Assembly (NCBI GenBank): GCA_030167865.1
Contig: JALAGF010004049.1
Span: forward strand, 1-64,000
Origin: Craspedostauros australis
Lineage: Eukaryota
Length of the DNA: 64,000 nucleotides
Direction: 5' to 3'
Shown: positions 11,647 through 23,334 of the stretch, one piece after another
How positions within the stretch are numbered: the first letter of the stretch is position 1
Layout of the letters: each line of letters begins with the position of its first letter
Made by a program: the position numbers and the translations under genes
The notes under the pieces: model-generated
Seen by the model: the letters and a program-made list of their open reading frames with translations, nothing else
Told to the model about the DNA's origin: nothing
The model's database searches: none

Positions 11647-14600
11647 ATGAGCAACAACATGAACAACAGTGTTCATGGCAATCCGGAAGCTGGCGACGAT
11701 GATGGCTTGGTGACCGAACAGCCCAGCAGCGTGAGGAGCCTCACTCTGGCATCGCTGCAGCAGGAGAGGAGCGAAAGGCGACTGAGCATTCCGGAAGCCA
11801 TCAGCGATAGTGATGCCGAAGATGGTCATGCTGAGGGCAACAATGGCAACAGCAACACTCACAATGCCAACAACAATAGCAACAACAATAGCAACAACAA
11901 TAGCAACATCAGCATGAGAGAGGTGAGCGAGATGGACAAGCAGTCGCTGCACCACAGAGTCAAGTCAAGGCGCAAGTCGCAGCACTCAGCCTGGCGCGCG
12001 ATGAAGCAGAAGAAGGCCGTTCGCAAGACCTCGGTCCTCTCCAGCCTGGACTTCTGGGAGTCCAACCATTCCAGCTTCCACAAGGACTCCAGCGTTCGCA
12101 GCCTCGACAGCGCCGTCCAGGATTGCACCTCCGCATCTTCGTTTGGAGGGGATGATCTGTCGGTTGCTGCTGCTCCTTCCATTAGCCATTCTGTCAGCCA
12201 TGCGGACCTCCCAACTGCGCAACAATCGCTGGTGCAGCAGAGGCTGTCCACCTTCGAGACCGGCCACCATGCCAAGCGACGCGATGCCATGGCTCTCAAC
12301 TACAGCCATCACAGCCTTGCCAGCATTACCAGCACATCAACGCAACCTGCAAGCGAAACCGTGTCGTCTCCGGTGCCCATCACAAGTCCAGGTCTCAGAT
12401 CAGATGCAGCGTCTCCACAGACTGAAGAGCGGGGGATGACGCTCAAGAGTCGACGCAACACCAGGTCCAGATCTGTCTCGTTCTCGGAAGCCCAGGGAAT
12501 GCAGGGAATGCAGGGAATGCAGGGGAACGATGCTTATCAAAGGGAGCTCATCCGGAGGAAGCAACAGCTGCGGTACTCGCGCAGAGGCTCCGTCACCAAG
12601 CACAAGCTGCAGGCGGAGGTATCGCGTCTGCAACCAACCACTTCCAACGCAAAGGCCATCAACAACAACAGCAAAAGAGGTATCAGGAAACACGCATATT
12701 CCAGATCAAACTCTGTTCAAGCTCTTGGCAAAGCCAAAGCCCTTCCCAAATCAAGCGCACACTCGCTTCCGGCAACATCGTTTCACTCGGTCAGTTCCAA
12801 CGCCTCCTCCTCCTGCGATCTGTCGCCCACCTCGACCTCCGGATCGTCCATCGCTGCTGCCCAAACGAGGCGCCGATTCATGGACTTGGACAAACCAAGG
12901 AGGTTCAGCTCTCTCTCCACCGATTCGGGGGATCTCAGCAACGATGATCACTCTCCACAACAGCAACAACAACAACGACAACAACAACAACGACACCACC
13001 GTTTTCACCGCAATCACCATCCCATCTCGGAAGATTCGGAAGATGACTTTGAGGAAATGCGCTATCACAGTGACGACCTCATCGATTATGGAATGGGAGA
13101 CGACAGCGACTTTGATCACATGCACATGCAAGATCATGAGGTCGATCTCCATCCCCACACAGACAACGATGACAACGATGACAACACTGCCAATGACGAT
13201 ACTGATGATACTGACGAGCGCTCCTCTGCGACCAACACAATGCACGACGACTACGGCTTGTCGCAGAGCCAGACCATACGCATGCAGCTGCGTCGTGGTT
13301 CCAACGATGCTAGGCGATCCCATTCCCGTTCTCAGACGCACCAATCGCCGGATGCACAACAGCAACAGGCTCGAACAAGGCCAGCACCGCGACGCAAGGC
13401 CAGGAGGAGGCAATCGAGGTCGATCTCTGTCGACAGCGCCGCTCTGGATAGCTACCAGCACTACACGATGCAGCTTGCGGGATCCGACGCGTCACCTGAG
13501 GGAACCCGCACTGCTCGCAACGCAAGCAATCCAGCCAGTCTAGACAAACCGAGACGAAAGCAGCGTCAACATCAGCGACAGCAGCAGCGACAGCGACAGG
13601 AGGATGATCAACTGCATGGGGATGAGAGGGGAGATGCATCGACGGACGACGGTGAGAGCATACAGTGCACCAGCGTCCGATCCCAACGCAGCCGATCGGA
13701 CTCCGTGGGAAGCTGCGACAGCTTCGAATCAATCCAATCCGCCGAGCTCAACGACAATTCAAACTCCATCAGCGACAGCGCTGACATGCCTTTCCCAATA
13801 TCGGCGCACAGCACCCCACCGCGCATGACCCGAAGACGCGTACCGCGACGATGCTCGGTCGTCATCCATCCGGATTCAACGCTGTTCAAGGCGGCCGCGG
13901 CAGCTGACGACGACGATACCGACGATGCGTCCGCGATGTCAGATAACAGATCCACGGATTCCTGCGGTGCCTGCTCGGTCAAGTCTGCACCATCGAGGAA
14001 CACGGGACGTCTCAAGAAGTTCAGAGCACGCACGTCATCAGCCCTGTCCAAGAGCAGGCGCCGCATCTCGGACCCAATCCGAAACATCGCCAACGGGATC
14101 ACCGACAACCTCGCATCGGTCTCATCTTCATCGGCGCGCAATCCAAACCCGAGCCGGGAGTCCAGACGTCGAACGATTGGTTCCGCTGCCAGGATGCCGA
14201 GCGACGCGAGCGCAGACGGCGGCAGCAACAGCAACGAACCAGAACGACGCTCCCTGTCTCCACATGCCCTGTACCGCCGCACGAGGCAACTGCGCGGAGG
14301 AATGGGACGACCGGTAAGGAGCAGGTCGGTCAATGGCGACAGGAAGGACAACGATGCCAACAGTGACGCTGCTGCTGCGACAGTGGCAGCCAATTCATCC
14401 ATAATTGAGGGGCCTAGCAAGCGACCCGTCTCCAACAAGACGAAACGGCGCACGATCTCGATGCAGCCACGGTCCAACACCGCGAGCCTCGTCGCTCACT
14501 TCCAATCCTTCGGGTCCAAATCCAAAGCGGATGGCACGTCCAAAGCAACGAAGCAGGATTCCTGGGTGGACGACGAGCTGACAGAGGCGTCTTCCACGTC

Positions 14601-16101
14601 TGCGGCATCAGGCAACAATCCAGCTCGGTCGAACTCCGCGTCGTCAGCTGGACTTGCCCACTCGCAATCTGCCGCGACTGCGGATGCGAGGTTGGCGAAC
14701 ACAAGCGCATCCGCCCGTCTGTCAAGCTCCGCGTCAACCAGCAAGCTGCTAACTCCTCGTTCGAGCGGCAAAGCCAAGCTGCTGTCCAAGCTCAAGAAGA
14801 TCCCAAAGGCAGCAGCTGTCGCGGCCACCAACACCATCCGCGATGGTATCACATCCGTGTCGGATCATACCTACAATGCAGCCAACAGGCAGTTCGGGAA
14901 CAAGGCAAAGCGGAACTCCGCACGATCAAAGCAAAGGACGCCAACCCACACCGCAGCCAATGATGACAGCGAAAGCAACTACAGCAACAGCAGCGCGGGT
15001 ACCAACGCCTCTACATCAACAAGTCACACACTCTCGATCAACATGCGGTCTCCCAAATCGCCGAGGCACAAGAACAAGCATCAGTCTCCTGGAAGACAAA
15101 CGGACTCGGCAAAACAGCGACGTTGGGGCGTCAAGGGTCTCTCGAAACGACTCAACCCAATTCCGCCGCTGCCTCTGGCGGGTGACGAAGACGGCAATGG
15201 CGCTGCTGCCAATGTTTCATCCAAAACTATCCAGAATGCGCCGATATCATCATTATCATCGATATTGGCTCCTCAAAGTCCAAAGAAACCCGCAGCAACC
15301 ACGCAGCGGCGACATGCTGCCGAGAAGCCAACATCGACTACAGGCGCACCGCACTCCAACGAAGGTGGCGTCAAGGATGGCACTGACGATGATGATGGTA
15401 GGTCACCCGCATCGGCGTCATCAGCGTCATCGACGCCGACGTCCACTGTGGACAATCGCAAATCAGAATCTTCGTCCACTAAACAACGATCCTCGTCGAA
15501 GAAGCGACGATCGCACAAGCGGGCGAAACGCGTGAAGTTCGGAACCATAACGATTCAGGAATACCCCATCTGCCTGGGGGATAACCCGTCCGTCACGTCC
15601 GGGGCACCCTTGGCGATTGAATGGACACCACAGGAGAGCTACACTTTGGATCTGCAGCTGTATGAACGGATGCCGCCGAATCAACACAAGCTGGCTGCTG
15701 CTGCGACCAGCGCGCTCGTTTCTCCGGTTGCCATGGCAATGGGAACGGTCGAAGGACATTCCTTGGATGCCATTCGTGCTGCCCGTTCTGCAGCCCGCTC
15801 AAATCACAGGAGGAGACGTCGGCGAGACATGGTGCTTTCGCAGCACTCCAGGGCGCAGATTTTGCTCCGAGCGGGGGTGTCCTTGTCGGAGATCGTGCAG
15901 GCTGGGTTGGATGTGCAACGAATTCAGAAAGAACGTGCTGATTCGTTGCGCAAGCAACAGTGGGAGGTGGTCCGGGGTATCTGGAACAAGGCAGGCAGCG
16001 CTTTCTCGCGCATCGTCATGGCGACAGATACCTCCCTTCATCCCATTCTCTATCCGCCTGTACCTGATCGGCCGACAAGCGTCGGGGCAAAGATGGCATG
16101 A
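11647..16101 (+). CDS. Large Ser/Arg/Asp-rich disordered protein (1484 aa) with a conserved C-terminal RVKF...EY...LGDNPSV..GAPLAIEW domain
   Basis: 4.4 kb uninterrupted ORF with low-complexity composition. The C-terminal motif is of a type I recall from many diatom hypothetical proteins. Confidence 0.88.
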   Translation: MSNNMNNSVHGNPEAGDDDGLVTEQPSSVRSLTLASLQQERSERRLSIPEAISDSDAEDGHAEGNNGNSNTHNANNNSNNNSNNNSNISMREVSEMDKQSLHHRVKSRRKSQHSAWRAMKQKKAVRKTSVLSSLDFWESNHSSFHKDSSVRSLDSAVQDCTSASSFGGDDLSVAAAPSISHSVSHADLPTAQQSLVQQRLSTFETGHHAKRRDAMALNYSHHSLASITSTSTQPASETVSSPVPITSPGLRSDAASPQTEERGMTLKSRRNTRSRSVSFSEAQGMQGMQGMQGNDAYQRELIRRKQQLRYSRRGSVTKHKLQAEVSRLQPTTSNAKAINNNSKRGIRKHAYSRSNSVQALGKAKALPKSSAHSLPATSFHSVSSNASSSCDLSPTSTSGSSIAAAQTRRRFMDLDKPRRFSSLSTDSGDLSNDDHSPQQQQQQRQQQQRHHRFHRNHHPISEDSEDDFEEMRYHSDDLIDYGMGDDSDFDHMHMQDHEVDLHPHTDNDDNDDNTANDDTDDTDERSSATNTMHDDYGLSQSQTIRMQLRRGSNDARRSHSRSQTHQSPDAQQQQARTRPAPRRKARRRQSRSISVDSAALDSYQHYTMQLAGSDASPEGTRTARNASNPASLDKPRRKQRQHQRQQQRQRQEDDQLHGDERGDASTDDGESIQCTSVRSQRSRSDSVGSCDSFESIQSAELNDNSNSISDSADMPFPISAHSTPPRMTRRRVPRRCSVVIHPDSTLFKAAAAADDDDTDDASAMSDNRSTDSCGACSVKSAPSRNTGRLKKFRARTSSALSKSRRRISDPIRNIANGITDNLASVSSSSARNPNPSRESRRRTIGSAARMPSDASADGGSNSNEPERRSLSPHALYRRTRQLRGGMGRPVRSRSVNGDRKDNDANSDAAAATVAANSSIIEGPSKRPVSNKTKRRTISMQPRSNTASLVAHFQSFGSKSKADGTSKATKQDSWVDDELTEASSTSAASGNNPARSNSASSAGLAHSQSAATADARLANTSASARLSSSASTSKLLTPRSSGKAKLLSKLKKIPKAAAVAATNTIRDGITSVSDHTYNAANRQFGNKAKRNSARSKQRTPTHTAANDDSESNYSNSSAGTNASTSTSHTLSINMRSPKSPRHKNKHQSPGRQTDSAKQRRWGVKGLSKRLNPIPPLPLAGDEDGNGAAANVSSKTIQNAPISSLSSILAPQSPKKPAATTQRRHAAEKPTSTTGAPHSNEGGVKDGTDDDDGRSPASASSASSTPTSTVDNRKSESSSTKQRSSSKKRRSHKRAKRVKFGTITIQEYPICLGDNPSVTSGAPLAIEWTPQESYTLDLQLYERMPPNQHKLAAAATSALVSPVAMAMGTVEGHSLDAIRAARSAARSNHRRRRRRDMVLSQHSRAQILLRAGVSLSEIVQAGLDVQRIQKERADSLRKQQWEVVRGIWNKAGSAFSRIVMATDTSLHPILYPPVPDRPTSVGAKMA

Positions 16102-16367
16102 GAGTACGAGCAGAAATGATTGCGAGGATGGCATCTGTACTGGCATTCGCAACATTATACCGGTGCTATGTTCTATCAAAAACTAGTCGACTCTCTTTTG
16201 TCATCACTTTACCATTCTCATACGTCCATACGAACGCTTTGCAAATGGTCCGTATTGAACCGTTTGTGCCTGTGCGTGGACGAGCACAGCTATGGCTCGC
16301 ACAGTGTAATGTGTGGAGCAGCCCATTCGCACGTGCACCCCTCGTATCCGTAGCGGTGTGCGCGCTC

Positions 16368-18221
16368 CTAGGACAGGTGCTTGCCTTGTACGTCGGTATC
16401 CCTCCCTTGACCCGCTTGTCCCAACAACCGCTTCTGTTCGTTTTCTGTGAACGCGATGCCGCTGCGATCTTGCACGGCATCATTGCCCTGTTGCATTCCT
16501 CCATCTGTCTGTGACAGGGCCGCGATCCCCGAACGCCAGTGGATGTAGTCTGCCACTGTCGACGGTCCTTTCGTGTTGCCTTTCGTGTTGCCTTTCGTGT
16601 TGCGTGCGGTGTGCTTTGCTCCCTCCTGGCCAGTTTCGTCTGGCGCCGATACCTCCTCCAATGAAATGTTGGGGTTGGGATCGCAGAAGAAGGCCAGCGA
16701 CACCCTTGGGCGGTCGCCATCGCCATTGTTGTTATTGTCATTGTCAACATCAAAGTGGCTCGCTCCGTCCGGATTCTCACCACCACCATTTCGTCGTGCC
16801 CCAGAACCAAGCTTGGGGGGCTGTGGCTTGACGCGTACTGCCTTGCGCAACATCCTACGGCCAACCACCCTGTGCAACGTGGCAAGCAACTGATGCCCCG
16901 TCCATTCGCTCAGCAATGATCCCAAGTTGACGACGATGGCACCAGGGACGTGCGGGACATCCTTCCAATCATGCGACGCTTCGTCGTACACCTGGAGGCC
17001 TGGCACCCCATCCGTCAGGAGCAGCGTCAGGCTGCCGTAGTCGGAATGCGGTTTGCACCGAATAACCAGTTCATCATCGTTCTCCTTCCCAGTGTTGGCA
17101 GTATCCTCGTCGTTGCCACGTTTGTTGCCTCTGTCGCTGGTGGCGCTGCCGCGAGCAGACTCTGACGATCCTTGCTGCTCATTCGTCCCAGTGCCATCAT
17201 CCTGTGATGATTCTTTGTCTGACCGAAGCCCGAAGTAGTAGAGCAAGCGCAGCGCAGAGTGATTCTGGTCGTGCAGCTTGCAGAGCATGTCCGGGCTGCT
17301 TCGTATCGCGGCATTGAGAAGATCGTTAGTCACCGTGCATTCATTGCTGTTTGAGGATGCCGAGCCTGACTGCGTTCCATGTAAGCCTATTCCCATGTAC
17401 TTGAGGAGGAGACGTTTGGCTTCTTCCAAGGCGTACCAGTACTCGATGAGCTTGTCGATGGCAAATACCGCGATCGCGGCTTTGCCTGATGGTTGTTCGG
17501 ATGGTTGTTCGGATGATTGTTCTTGTAACTGAGCTTCCGCACTTGTACGCAACGTCTGGTACAAGCCCTGTGCAGTTTGCAACTCATCCCACATTATGTA
17601 ACGCTTGGGATCTGTGGGATGGGTGACGATCTGATCCAGCAGGGCTGTCAACGGCGATGGTGAGCTTGCATCCTCTCCGTTCTTTTGTTCCTCCCGCTTC
17701 TCTCGCTCAAGGCACAGGAGCGTGCGAGCAGCTTGAAGGGCATCCGATTGCAGAGACGGCGGGAGCAGGTCTGTCTGGACGAGAAGAAACCCGCTGGTTT
17801 CGAATGCTCCGATGATTCTCTTCGCAACCTCATTGTCGATGGAGACCTGAGCGTTGCTGATGTCATTGCTGCTGTCCTTGCTGCTGTCCTTGCTGATGTC
17901 ATTGCTGCTGTCATTGCCCTGTTGCATCGGCTCAGTCTGTCGCGCAGAGTTAGTTCGCGATGGCAGCCGGATGAGAGGAATGAATGCGTCGGCACTTGAT
18001 GTGTCTAGGAAAACCGCTGATTCGGTGCCCTCGGCGTGATGCTCGGACGAGGAAAGGTTCGTCATCATCCAGCCGATGCCCCTTCCAGCTCGGATGCTGC
18101 GGCAGTGTTGCCAGACTCGGCCTTGGATTCCAGCAGATGCAACAGTGCTGAGTCCTTCAACGTGGCGATATGGTTGAAGAATGCAAGCAGTCGTACTTAT
18201 CGCCAGCAAAGCCAAGAGCAT
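16368..18221 (-). CDS. 2-oxoglutarate/Fe(II)-dependent dioxygenase (DIOX_N + 2OG-FeII_Oxy, IPNS-like) with an N-terminal signal peptide
   Basis: AFETSGFLLV (DIOX_N); LRLLYY; HSDYGSLTLL (HxD); GLQV; VVNLGSLL..WT; ATLHRV (distal His); RVSLAFFCDP (RxS). Confidence 0.92.
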   Translation of the reverse strand: MLLALLAISTTACILQPYRHVEGLSTVASAGIQGRVWQHCRSIRAGRGIGWMMTNLSSSEHHAEGTESAVFLDTSSADAFIPLIRLPSRTNSARQTEPMQQGNDSSNDISKDSSKDSSNDISNAQVSIDNEVAKRIIGAFETSGFLLVQTDLLPPSLQSDALQAARTLLCLEREKREEQKNGEDASSPSPLTALLDQIVTHPTDPKRYIMWDELQTAQGLYQTLRTSAEAQLQEQSSEQPSEQPSGKAAIAVFAIDKLIEYWYALEEAKRLLLKYMGIGLHGTQSGSASSNSNECTVTNDLLNAAIRSSPDMLCKLHDQNHSALRLLYYFGLRSDKESSQDDGTGTNEQQGSSESARGSATSDRGNKRGNDEDTANTGKENDDELVIRCKPHSDYGSLTLLLTDGVPGLQVYDEASHDWKDVPHVPGAIVVNLGSLLSEWTGHQLLATLHRVVGRRMLRKAVRVKPQPPKLGSGARRNGGGENPDGASHFDVDNDNNNNGDGDRPRVSLAFFCDPNPNISLEEVSAPDETGQEGAKHTARNTKGNTKGNTKGPSTVADYIHWRSGIAALSQTDGGMQQGNDAVQDRSGIAFTENEQKRLLGQAGQGRDTDVQGKHLS

Positions 18222-21200
18222 CAGACTGTGAGTACTGCCGAAGTCGTCGTACGGGTACGAACTACTCTATGCTTGTGCTGCTTGTCCAGTCACTTCTCTA
18301 TTGATGGAACAGGCATTTTAGAGACTTCTCGCTGCGTTGAATTTCATCAATGTTGTTGGCCTTGCGTTGCTTGTCTCTCAGCGTTCTGGTTCCGGTTCTG
18401 AAGATCTTCCTGCTTGATGTTGTCAAGAGGACAGCCTTTTTATGGGTGTTCGCATCCTCGAGTTCTCGTTTCTTGTCGCATCGTGACGTGACTGAATCTC
18501 TCCTGATCATGAATATTCTATCTTCAACATACAATCTATGGATCCTGCAAAAGTGCTTCATTCGTGATCCAGAATAGTATGGTCGGATTGATCAATCCCG
18601 CAGCGGTTCGACTTGTTGAATCGGCACTGAGGAGTCATGAATACTGTGTTGGGCTTCCGCACAAAGCGGAACAACAAACACTCACAAAGTTCGTATTTCG
18701 TCACAGAAACCATGACTGTTGGCAACAATGAACCCAACGGAATGGAACCGCGCAGTCCCTGCCGATTCACATGCGTCGTGCACCCCATGCCGTCTTCCGC
18801 CGCACCTTGCTTCACATTCGAGAGCGCATTTCTTCAGATGTGCATGCATTATCTGTACCATTACAAAACATCATATAATATTATGTATTATTACATTGGT
18901 AGGCGAGAGGATTGGATCAAAGAGAAAGCGCAAGAGGGTCGGTGTTGGTCTGATCGGTACCACCGTGCGTTTACAGATGCTGGTTGATGAGGAGCAATGC
19001 CACAGAATAAGATCATGGGGAGTGGCTGGGGAGCGTGCTGTGAGGAACCGATCTGGAGGTCTGTGTGTTTCGCTCTCTTGATCCAGATCAAGAAGGGAGA
19101 AATGGGAAACGGTCACGTCTCGAAGACGTGGCTGTCTCGTCTGGCAGCGCAACAACAAATCATCACGCCATTGTTCAATGCGGAAAAGGCGCAGGTCGAA
19201 AGAACGATTCGGACCAGCTGCAGTAGTCACCAAACGATCACGAAGGGAATGGGCAACCTCAACCATCATCCTTGTATTGCAGGTCTTTTCGCGAAGACGA
19301 ATCCACAATCTGAAGCGCTGTTCGGTTGTCGAATCTAGAGTACTGAAGGCACGGGATGCTTCACTCCGTGACTGTGCGCGTCGCTTCCGTCGTGCTGGCG
19401 CGTGCCAGAGATCGGATTTGTGGTCTGGTGCCTGTTTCGCTCAAGCGCGGAGCCTGGAGATACCGGTGTGCCGACGGTCCCTGTTTGCCCATTGGCACAA
19501 CCATGTCATGTGAAGCGTGTGCATTGCACGACCATCGCAGAACAAGCACAAGCATTGATTTGCAGGATCCTGTTTGTACTGGGCTAGCAGGTACGATGCA
19601 TCCGAACGTGAGCAGTGCAAACGTGATTTGACACTCAGAGATGTCATCGTTGATAACGTCTGGCTATGTTTTGGGTACACGTCCAATCTCCTGCAAGCTC
19701 GCGGTACATCCTCCCAGGCTCTGAAGGCACTCGCACTTGTGCGCGCTATGTGTAATGTCATGAATCGGCAAGGGGCTTGCCAGACATTTGGATAGCATTG
19801 CACGAGTACAGAGCGCCATTGTGACGCGAACGGAAGATTTGGGGTGGGGCGTGCACGAGCACCATAGCTTGGATAGCTGCCATAGACACGGTATAGTTGG
19901 AGTAAATGCCATGCGACGCACGCATGCTGTGTCGGACAGAGTACGCGCATAGCAGAGCAGAGCAGAGGAATGAACGACACCACATCCAATACATCCACCA
20001 CATCAGCGAAGCTAGAACCACTGAGATGGTGATCTGTTGATCGCAGCTCCGCGCAGGAGGCCACGATTCGTCTCGAGGAGGTTTGATCACCCAGCTTCTT
20101 CCTCCATTCGTCCGAGTTGCCGGACTTGTATACTATGTTGTCTGGTCTTTTGATGCTCGTCACTCCAGCGATCGAACGTGACGGGGCGGAATGGATTGGA
20201 CAAAACGCACGAGCAGCTCACGCAGGAAGGAATGTCAGGCACGAGGGGGATGCAAATGCAGATCGAAAATGGAACAAGGAGGTGCATGTTGGTACCGACT
20301 CCCTGGCCTTACCATGCCATACCATGCCATACGATACCATGCCCCACGAGCCGCGATGGCAGCGCATGTCCTCGTCACAGAATGTCAACATCATCAGAGC
20401 AACGAGCAGAGCACGATGGTGGCGTGTCATTGTCTCCCAAATCTGCTCTCCAACCTCTTGGTCTGAACCGATGAAGCACTCACACGGTATCACAATTTGC
20501 TCTGCTGATATATCCCAATTGGTACCGCCATACCAAGAAGTGCCGATGGTAATGGAACTTGCGACGACAACAATCCTGGTGACGAGCATGTTGGGCTGGA
20601 GCTTAGTGCAGACATGCATCCCACACATTCATACATTCGTGCAATCAAACATCTGTGCATCCATCCCAGCATCGAGTGTTGTACATGCGATGCTTGCACT
20701 CTATCCCTCCTTGTTCTGCACATGTGCATACTGGTACTATTAGTCGTAATAGTAGCTTGTTTCGCTACGGATAGTCGTACAATATTATGTGTAAAAATAC
20801 ATGCTTCGCGCGAGCCGCCGACAAAAAGGTGCGGTGCTCCGTGGTGCTTTTTCTCTTTCTCTTTCTCTCTTGTGATCTGTCTCATGCGGCGTTCATGTTT
20901 CTTATCCCGCGCCAACATAATGATCGTTTGGAAAATGTCTCCCTGGATGTCGCGCTAGCACAAGCCACGAAAAAACACTGTATTGATTCTCGCCGCTCGC
21001 AACGAAAGCGACAAGACAGTCGTCATGGTCATCCATTCAGTCGTAAGCGACTGGGCTGTTAAAAGAGTGTCTCAGTACGCCAACAGCGTTAGAGCAACAC
21101 CGTCCATCGGAACTAGCTGGCCACAAATGATACCGTCATCTTCCTATCTTGCTTGTTTCGCTTGTGTCATTCCCTCGGCGATAGGATCGTCTCTTCGCAT

Positions 21201-23334
21201 CAGTCAGGTCGCCGACATACGAGGAGGGACTGTGAGGGAGGCCATCGGTACCAACCTTTGCTTATGGAGTCGTTGCTACAAGAGCAACAGCCGTTTCCGA
21301 TTGGACCACGGTGCGAGCAGTGCTTGACGTGGAGCGAAGTGCTTGGAGAGAAGAGAGATGTCACAGACATCGAAATCGTGATCCGTGGAGACAGGCGTTT
21401 TGATTTCGGGAATCAGCCAGAACATGAAATTCTGTTCTCTTTCTTCCAATGGATCAGGCGTGTCTTGCTGCGCGTACCAGTGTCTCCTTCTGCTCTGCTC
21501 TGCTCCACACTCTTCCTTCGTTCCGTCTTTGGGCGGTGGATCGGTTCCTTGGTTGCTTGCGTACTAGCCATCTTGGATGCAAGCTTGTACTTGTTCTCTC
21601 GTCTTGTTCTGTTCTTCCCTTCGTTTGCCTTCCCCTCACTTTCCTCCGTGGTGGCAGGTGTTTCCATATGTTTCTCATGGGACTCGTGCTCTCTTGGAAG
21701 GTCAATGACGTTGGAATTGATTGGACGCCACCGTTATTACCGCTTCCCTTCACGCCTCGCGTCCTCTATTGTGGTGGATTGGCGATTATGCCTGTGTTCC
21801 TATTCTTGATTTACGTTTATGGAAGCCCTTTTATCCTTATTCTTGCGATACTTATCGTCATGTGCAAAATGCGAACAACCTCGAAACGGTCGACATGATC
21901 ACTGGCCTACGACAACATTTGGTCATTTCGGGGCTTATAGTTCATGCTGCTTTTTGTCTATTTGGTCCTGCATCAACTTGTATTCGAAGACGGGAAAATC
22001 GGGGCGGTATTGACGAGCGCACCGAGGACCTCTCTTCGGAAGCGAGGCCCAGCACCCGGGTGCTCTCTTGGCACCGCCAAACAAAGAAACGTCAACTCCA
22101 TGATTCTGTTGGAGAACTGTTGGCACTTCCAAGGTGGTTGTGTTCCTGCGGTGGCGGGCCGAAACCTCGCGCCTCGGTGCTTGTTCGCGGAGCAATTGTC
22201 ATCGGACCACATGAACACGACCATGTGTTAGTTCGTCCACGTCGTGGATCCGCTATACGAACTACGGTCTTTTCATTACCACACAAATAGTCGTCTACAC
22301 GTACCACCACAGAGAATGGGCGGCTCGCACCCCTGCGCATTCGACCGCAATCGCGCCATGCCAGCATCTGCGACCGAGGCTGCCTACCGTGGGTAATTTG
22401 CGAGTTTGGTCATTGCGCGTTGTACGGGAGGAGGCACGAGGATGTCCCTACCAACAACTACGTAGAATGCTCGTAGACCACATGGCAGCCATGATCACTT
22501 CAGTTGTTGCGACAAGCGCGCCTTACTCGTATCCTTGTACGCCCAGAACACGAAGATCTGTCCAGTCATCCGGAGTCGAGACAGCGCAAATGCGCATTAC
22601 CATACTGACCACTACTATACAACGCAGCACACGACGCAAGGCAGCACAAAGCAACCCAAGGTAACAGAGGACAGGGCAAGAAACCTCGCTTGTCATACTA
22701 CCAATACAACACCATTATCATTCTTCATTCGCCATCACGGTTGTCATCACATCCGCCACCTCTCCCTTGCTATCGTGTCGCAACAACGGTTGACATCGGC
22801 GAAGGGTCATCTCCGTTATCACCAATACCAACATCCATCCATTAACAGGTTCGTGCCCGATGTGCATAGTCAGTCTTGGCGATTTCCTCATAACCCTGAT
22901 TGAGCTCACAAAAAAGAACTTGTTGCAATCTATACGCACCCTGCCCAACCGCCCATCCATCCAAGGTAAACGATTTTTCCAACCCGACAGTCTCTTTGCT
23001 CTTTAGTGAACAAACGACCACTCTCCCAACACTCCACTGTCCTCGTGTCTGCCAACCCTGCGTTCACACAACCTCATCGCGTAAACCAACTCACCATACC
23101 ACAGCAAACCACAGCCATCCAAAGCGCGCCAAGCTGCATCACACTGTGCATCACTTCATCCCGGTGCAACTCCTTAGTGGCCATCAACATCAACGGACGA
23201 CACCAACGATACCGGGCTCCGCTCCAGACATCTCCAAATCACATATCATCACATCACAGAGCAAAGTCACCGACCAAGTCACCCATCCGTGGTATCCATC
23301 AACGCTGCAAGCGATAGACCAAGCCCCACGAAAC

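Noticed and set aside
18600-22400. Several 100-240 aa ORFs
   Set aside because: No recognisable motifs or consistent codon bias. A decayed gene cannot be excluded without blastx.
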